32,000 nucleotides of DNA, from assembly GCA_041941765.1 (NCBI GenBank), contig CP145869.1, positions 270,001-302,000 of the forward strand, written 5' to 3'. This document shows positions 29,626-32,000 of the stretch, piece after piece; within the stretch, counting starts at the first letter, position 1; each line of letters begins with the position of its first letter. This DNA comes from Candidatus Saccharimonadota bacterium (lineage in GTDB: Bacteria; Pseudomonadota; Gammaproteobacteria; Enterobacterales; Enterobacteriaceae). A program made the position numbers and the translations under genes. Under the pieces are notes generated by a model. It ran no database searches. It was given only the letters and a program-made list of their open reading frames with translations, and was not told the origin of the DNA.

Positions 29626-32000
29626 ATGGATATTTCTAATCATACACCAATGATACAACAATATTTACGTATTAAAGCTGAACATAAAGATAGTCTACTT
29701 TTTTATCGGATGGGAGATTTTTATGAACTGTTTTTTGAAGATGCAAAGCGTGCCTCACAATTATTAAATATTTCTCTAACGCAACGTGGAAAATCTAATA
29801 ATCAGCCCATACCTATGGCAGGTATACCTTATCATGCAGTAGAAAATTACCTAGCTAAATTAGTACATCTTGGAGAATCAGTAGCTATTTGTGAACAAAT
29901 TAATAATTATCCATTATTAAATGTAGGTCAAGGTCCTGTAGAACGCAAAGTAGTACGTATTATTACTCCAGGAACAATAAGTGATGAAGATCTCTTGCAC
30001 GACTCTACAACAGATAATCTTTTAGCTGCTATTTGGTATAAATCCCAACAAGGGTTTGGTTATGCTACTATTGATATTAGTTCGGGTGATTTCAGATTAG
30101 TAGAACCACATGATAAAGAAAGTATGATCTCAGAAATTTATAGAACTAATCCTGCCGAAATTCTGTATCCTGAAGAATTTGATGCTTATGAAATTATTGA
30201 ACATCGTAAAGCGATACGTCGGCGTCCACTCTGGGAATTTGAATTAGATTCTGCACGTCAACAATTAAATCTTCAATTTGGTACTCGTGAACTGAATGGA
30301 TTTGGTGTGAATCATGCTAATCGAGCTTTACGATGTGCCGGATGTTTACTGCAATATATTAAAAATACTCAGCAAACTACTCTTCCTCATATTCGATCTA
30401 TAAAATTTGAGAATCAACAAGATACTATTATTATGGATGTAACAACTCTCCGTAACTTAGAAATTACACAAAATATTTCGGGAGGTTATAATAATACATT
30501 ATCATCTATATTAGATAATACAGTAACTCCGATGGGAAGTAGACTGTTGAAACGTTGGTTACATAAACCTACACGAAATATACAAATAGTTTATAGCCGT
30601 CAAAACAGTATAGAGATACTACTGCAAAATATTATGCTTAATACTACTATTAAAACCATCTTACGTAACATAGGAGATTTTGAACGTATTATAGCACGTT
30701 TAGCATTACGGACTGCTAAACCTCGTGATTTTGTACGTATACGTAAGATTTTTCAGCAGCTACCTAAAATACATGATTTACTTATTACGGTTCAGATTAA
30801 ATCTGATTTGATTCAAGACATAATAAATAAAATTGGAAATTTTGAACCATTATTGCAATTATTAGAACGTGCTCTAGTTGAAAATCCTCCCAGTTTAATA
30901 AGAGATGGAGGGGTCATTGCTACTGGATATAATGTTGAGTTAGATAAATTACGTGTCTTTTCTAATGGCGCTAGTAATTATTTAACTAACTTAGAAAGTA
31001 TGGAACGTGAAAAATCTGGATTAGATAATCTCAAAATTGGATTTAATGCTATTCATGGTTATTATATTCAAGTAAATCGTAGTCAAAGTAATCGTGTTCC
31101 TACCAATTATATACGACGTCAAACTCTCAAAAATCATGAGCGTTATATTATTCCAGAATTAAAAAAATATGAAGATAAAGTGTTAACTTCTAAAGCAAAA
31201 AGTTTAGCACTGGAAAAAAAATTGTATAATGAACTATTTGAAATGATTTTACCATATATTTCAGCTTTACAATTAAGTGCAAAAGCTCTAGCTGAACTTG
31301 ATGTTTTAATTAATCTGGCCGAACGTGCATGTGTCTTAAATTACTCTAAACCAATTTTAAGCCAGACTGACTGGGGCATAATTTTAAAAAATGCTCGTCA
31401 TCCTGTAGTTGAAAGGGTTAGAAATGAACCCTTCATTGCTAATCCATTATCATTAACATCACAGAATCGTCTAATTCTTATTACAGGTCCTAATATGGGT
31501 GGAAAAAGTACTTATATGCGTCAAACGGCACTCATTGTATTAATGACATATATTGGTAGTTATGTACCTGCTGAATACGCACAAATCGGTCCGATTGATA
31601 GAATTTTTACACGTATAGGATCTGCAGATGATTTAGCATCTAGTCGTTCAACTTTTATGGTTGAAATGACAGAAATAGCGAATATATTACATAATGCTAC
31701 AGAAAATAGTCTAGTATTGATAGATGAAATTGGAAGAGGTACATCAACATATGATGGTTTATCATTAGCATGGGCTAGTGCTGAAACCTTGGCTAGTAAG
31801 ATAAAATCTATGACAATGTTTGCTACACATTATTTGGAACTAACTTCTTTACAAGAACAAACCGAAGGAGTATTAAATCTATATTTTGATGCAATTGAAT
31901 ATGATACGAAAATTGCTTTTTTACATACTGTACATAAAGGAGCAGCAAAGAAAAGTTATGGTTTAGCTGTTGCGGCTTTAGCTGGAGTACCTAAATATGT
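29626..32000 (+). CDS. mutS: DNA mismatch repair protein MutS (N-terminal ~790 aa; 3' end beyond the window)
   Basis: Not in the ORF track because no stop falls inside the window. My hand translation gives [44 protein letters not shown]..., with Walker [10 protein letters not shown] near 31490 and the window ending in ...LAGVPKYV. AGGAA lies 8 nt upstream of the ATG. An alternative in-frame ATG is at 29617. Confidence 0.95.
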   Translation, partial: MDISNHTPMIQQYLRIKAEHKDSLLFYRMGDFYELFFEDAKRASQLLNISLTQRGKSNNQPIPMAGIPYHAVENYLAKLVHLGESVAICEQINNYPLLNVGQGPVERKVVRIITPGTISDEDLLHDSTTDNLLAAIWYKSQQGFGYATIDISSGDFRLVEPHDKESMISEIYRTNPAEILYPEEFDAYEIIEHRKAIRRRPLWEFELDSARQQLNLQFGTRELNGFGVNHANRALRCAGCLLQYIKNTQQTTLPHIRSIKFENQQDTIIMDVTTLRNLEITQNISGGYNNTLSSILDNTVTPMGSRLLKRWLHKPTRNIQIVYSRQNSIEILLQNIMLNTTIKTILRNIGDFERIIARLALRTAKPRDFVRIRKIFQQLPKIHDLLITVQIKSDLIQDIINKIGNFEPLLQLLERALVENPPSLIRDGGVIATGYNVELDKLRVFSNGASNYLTNLESMEREKSGLDNLKIGFNAIHGYYIQVNRSQSNRVPTNYIRRQTLKNHERYIIPELKKYEDKVLTSKAKSLALEKKLYNELFEMILPYISALQLSAKALAELDVLINLAERACVLNYSKPILSQTDWGIILKNARHPVVERVRNEPFIANPLSLTSQNRLILITGPNMGGKSTYMRQTALIVLMTYIGSYVPAEYAQIGPIDRIFTRIGSADDLASSRSTFMVEMTEIANILHNATENSLVLIDEIGRGTSTYDGLSLAWASAETLASKIKSMTMFATHYLELTSLQEQTEGVLNLYFDAIEYDTKIAFLHTVHKGAAKKSYGLAVAALAGVPKY

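Noticed and set aside
1-32000. UGA-to-Trp recoding, CRISPR arrays, IS elements or transposases, prophage or defence genes
   Set aside because: All conserved genes are full length under the standard code and Trp is encoded by TGG. I saw no spaced repeat arrays, no terminal inverted repeats flanking ORFs, and no ORF without a housekeeping assignment.

Overview
This window is a very AT-rich, densely packed stretch of core genome. It looks like a reduced-genome gammaproteobacterial (Enterobacterales-derived) insect endosymbiont; I cannot name the species from sequence alone. Everything I can identify is housekeeping. On the + strand are the distal NADH dehydrogenase I operon (nuoG 3' part through nuoN) and a tRNA-Arg(UCU)-lgt-thyA-recC block. 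On the - strand are nrdB-nrdA, gpmA, a YohD-type DedA membrane protein and folD. A long - strand run follows: recA-alaS-csrA-tRNA-Ser(GCU)-tRNA-Arg(ACG)-gshA-ffh-rpsP-rimM-trmD-rplS. The 5' ~2.4 kb of mutS lies on the + strand and runs off the window. csrA and mutS are not in the supplied ORF track; I found them by reading the sequence. Several track ORFs begin at spurious TTG codons and I trimmed them (gpmA, trmD, probably yohD and recC). I see no mobile elements, CRISPR arrays, defence or toxin genes, or foreign-composition islands, and I do not think an undescribed multigene system is encoded here. The observations worth a second look all relate to genome reduction. RecA appears stripped of its usual regulatory layers: a short C-terminal tail, recX deleted, and no SOS box. 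recC is separated from recB and recD. The tRNA genes lack encoded CCA and sit almost directly against downstream CDSs. There are many A/T homopolymers of 9-10 nt inside intact essential genes. None of the 25 stop codons is TGA. The two largest noncoding spacers flank the single DedA gene.
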